NCBI GenBank assembly: GCA_002633005.1 | Contig: NMRA01000358.1 | Location: 231,775-295,774, forward strand | Length of the DNA: 64,000 bases | From: Phoronis australis | Taxonomy: Eukaryota; Animalia; Phoronida | Direction of reading: 5' to 3' | In this document: in pieces, positions 62,749 through 64,000 of the stretch | How the letters are laid out: each line of letters opens with the position of its first letter | Numbering within the stretch: the first letter of the stretch is position 1 | Notes under the pieces: generated by a model | Seen by the model: the letters and a program-made list of their open reading frames with translations, nothing else | Told to the model about the DNA's origin: nothing | The model's database searches: none | Program-made: the position numbers and the translations under genes

Positions 62749-62955
62749 GTGGTCAGCTGGACCCTAATGAAGGCTGGCAAGTGGCTGCCGCCAATGTACC
62801 CGCTGGAGCCAACGATAACGCTGACACCATCAACAGACACACAATCACTGGACTGCTACCTGCCAGAAATTATCAGTTTAGAGTGAGTGCAGTGAACGAA
62901 GTGGGAGAGGGCCGCTACAGTAACCCTTCACCTAACATTACCATACCGCAGCAAA
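62749..62955 (+). CDS. sdk: Sidekick exon 12: second part of FN3-1
   Basis: Acceptor ttttccag, donor A|GTGAGT. Reads ITGLLPARNYQFRVSAVNEVGEGRYSNPSPNITIPQQ. Confidence 0.93.
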
Positions 62956-63817
62956 GTGAGTTTACTATACTATTGGTGTGACACCAACGACCACTGATAT
63001 TTACTTGTGTCATGGTTGTGCATGCTTTGATTATTGATTAGTTTGAGATTTAAGAATCTAAGAATTACTCTTTTGCTATGTAGTGCATGTAAGATTTTTA
63101 CACTTTAAACAGAATATTGTTTGAATCGTGGCAGGCATGTCTTGTATAGTGACAGTTTATCCATATTTGATAGTGTGTCCAAGATCGACTACCCCCAGAA
63201 TTTTTATCGAATAAACAATGTATTTAATGGTCTTTTTTGTTGCATTAAATTCCATTTGGGTCTCGGATTCAGACAGCCTGTACTGCGCACCTGGTAACTT
63301 GTGTGCTGAACCGCATTTGCGTAAAATCTTGACTTTTTAAAATTTGAGGTGTTTAAAGCAGCAAAGGAAGCAAGTAATTTCGAAGTATTACATTTTAAAA
63401 ATAACAAATTTCAAGCAAAAACCTATATTATATCACAATTATTTATTGTTTTTTTTTTCTGTCACCAAATTACAGTTACTTTTGGAAGCATGCTTTTGGA
63501 CATGTTCAGTTATGCAGTGTGTATTAAGGCTAGACCTTTTAATGAGCCAAGTTAAGTGTCTTATCCTGTGTTAAGTATTAACCTCTAAATTGATGTTCTC
63601 TGAGGTGACACCAATTGAAAACTCAGGAAAATTATGTTTTACTCCATCGTGTAAGCTTTTGCAGAAATTTTACTACAAAATTTATATGAACATTATATGT
63701 TCTGAAAGTGAGAGGGTACTGAGGTACTCTTAAGTCATCATGTCTTACTTCTGCTGTCGTTTTACTTCTTTGTTCCTGAATTAGTACAGAATCGTGTCAT
63801 CGATGCATTTTTTTCAG

Positions 63818-64000
63818 AGCCCAGTGCCCCACCTATTATTCAACAACGGACTGCCACTTCCAGCACCACTATTGACATCACATGGGTTCCACCCCCTGAG
63901 GCTCAGTGGAATGGCCCATTGCTTGGATACAAGATCAAATACAGAGTAGACAGATATTCAAATGAAAATATTGAGGACTACCCCAACACAGTCAGTGCTC
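63818..64000 (+). CDS. sdk: Sidekick exon 13: FN3-2 (runs off the window; gene 3'-incomplete)
   Basis: Acceptor tttttcag. Reads KPSAPP...TIDITWVPPPEAQWNGPLLGYKIKYRV. All 13 exon phases are compatible, giving 800 codons within the window. Confidence 0.92.

Noticed and set aside
54277-62981. Ig/FN3 ORFs as separate genes, or as Dscam/Robo/L1-type
   Set aside because: They splice into one frame; six Ig domains with a Cys-less Ig2 and the ARP, THDP and SExGND motifs fit sidekick. No duplicated alternative exon arrays were seen.

Overview
Eukaryotic, AT-rich, intron-containing and transposon-dense DNA, most likely from a bilaterian invertebrate; the species cannot be determined from the sequence. 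Four protein-coding genes are supported, mostly by hand-assembled GT-AG exon chains that the ORF track misses. (1-2) A tandem pair of small minus-strand paralogues: gene A (ATG 12658, four firm exons plus an uncertain fifth) and gene B (ATG 19557, five exons, 215 aa). Both encode type-I membrane proteins with a signal peptide, a very short ectodomain (one EGF-like module in A, a 2-Cys remnant in B), a WEVGL-led TM helix, and a cytoplasmic tail motif resembling that of vertebrate MUC3/MUC12/MUC17. Neither has a PTS or SEA domain. (3) An intronless class A GPCR of the FMRFamide-receptor-like group (41425-42618). (4) The 5' part of a sidekick gene: 13 exons from 48925 to the window end, encoding a signal peptide, 6 Ig domains and the start of the FN3 array. 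The rest is nested non-autonomous DNA transposons (Kolobok, hAT, hAT5-like, PIF/Harbinger-like, P-like, a hairpin-ended family), a decayed DD37D maT transposon, decayed L1/Tx1 and CR1-type LINE pieces, and tandem repeats. No rRNA, tRNA or CRISPR was seen. All protein-family comparisons are from memory and need database confirmation.
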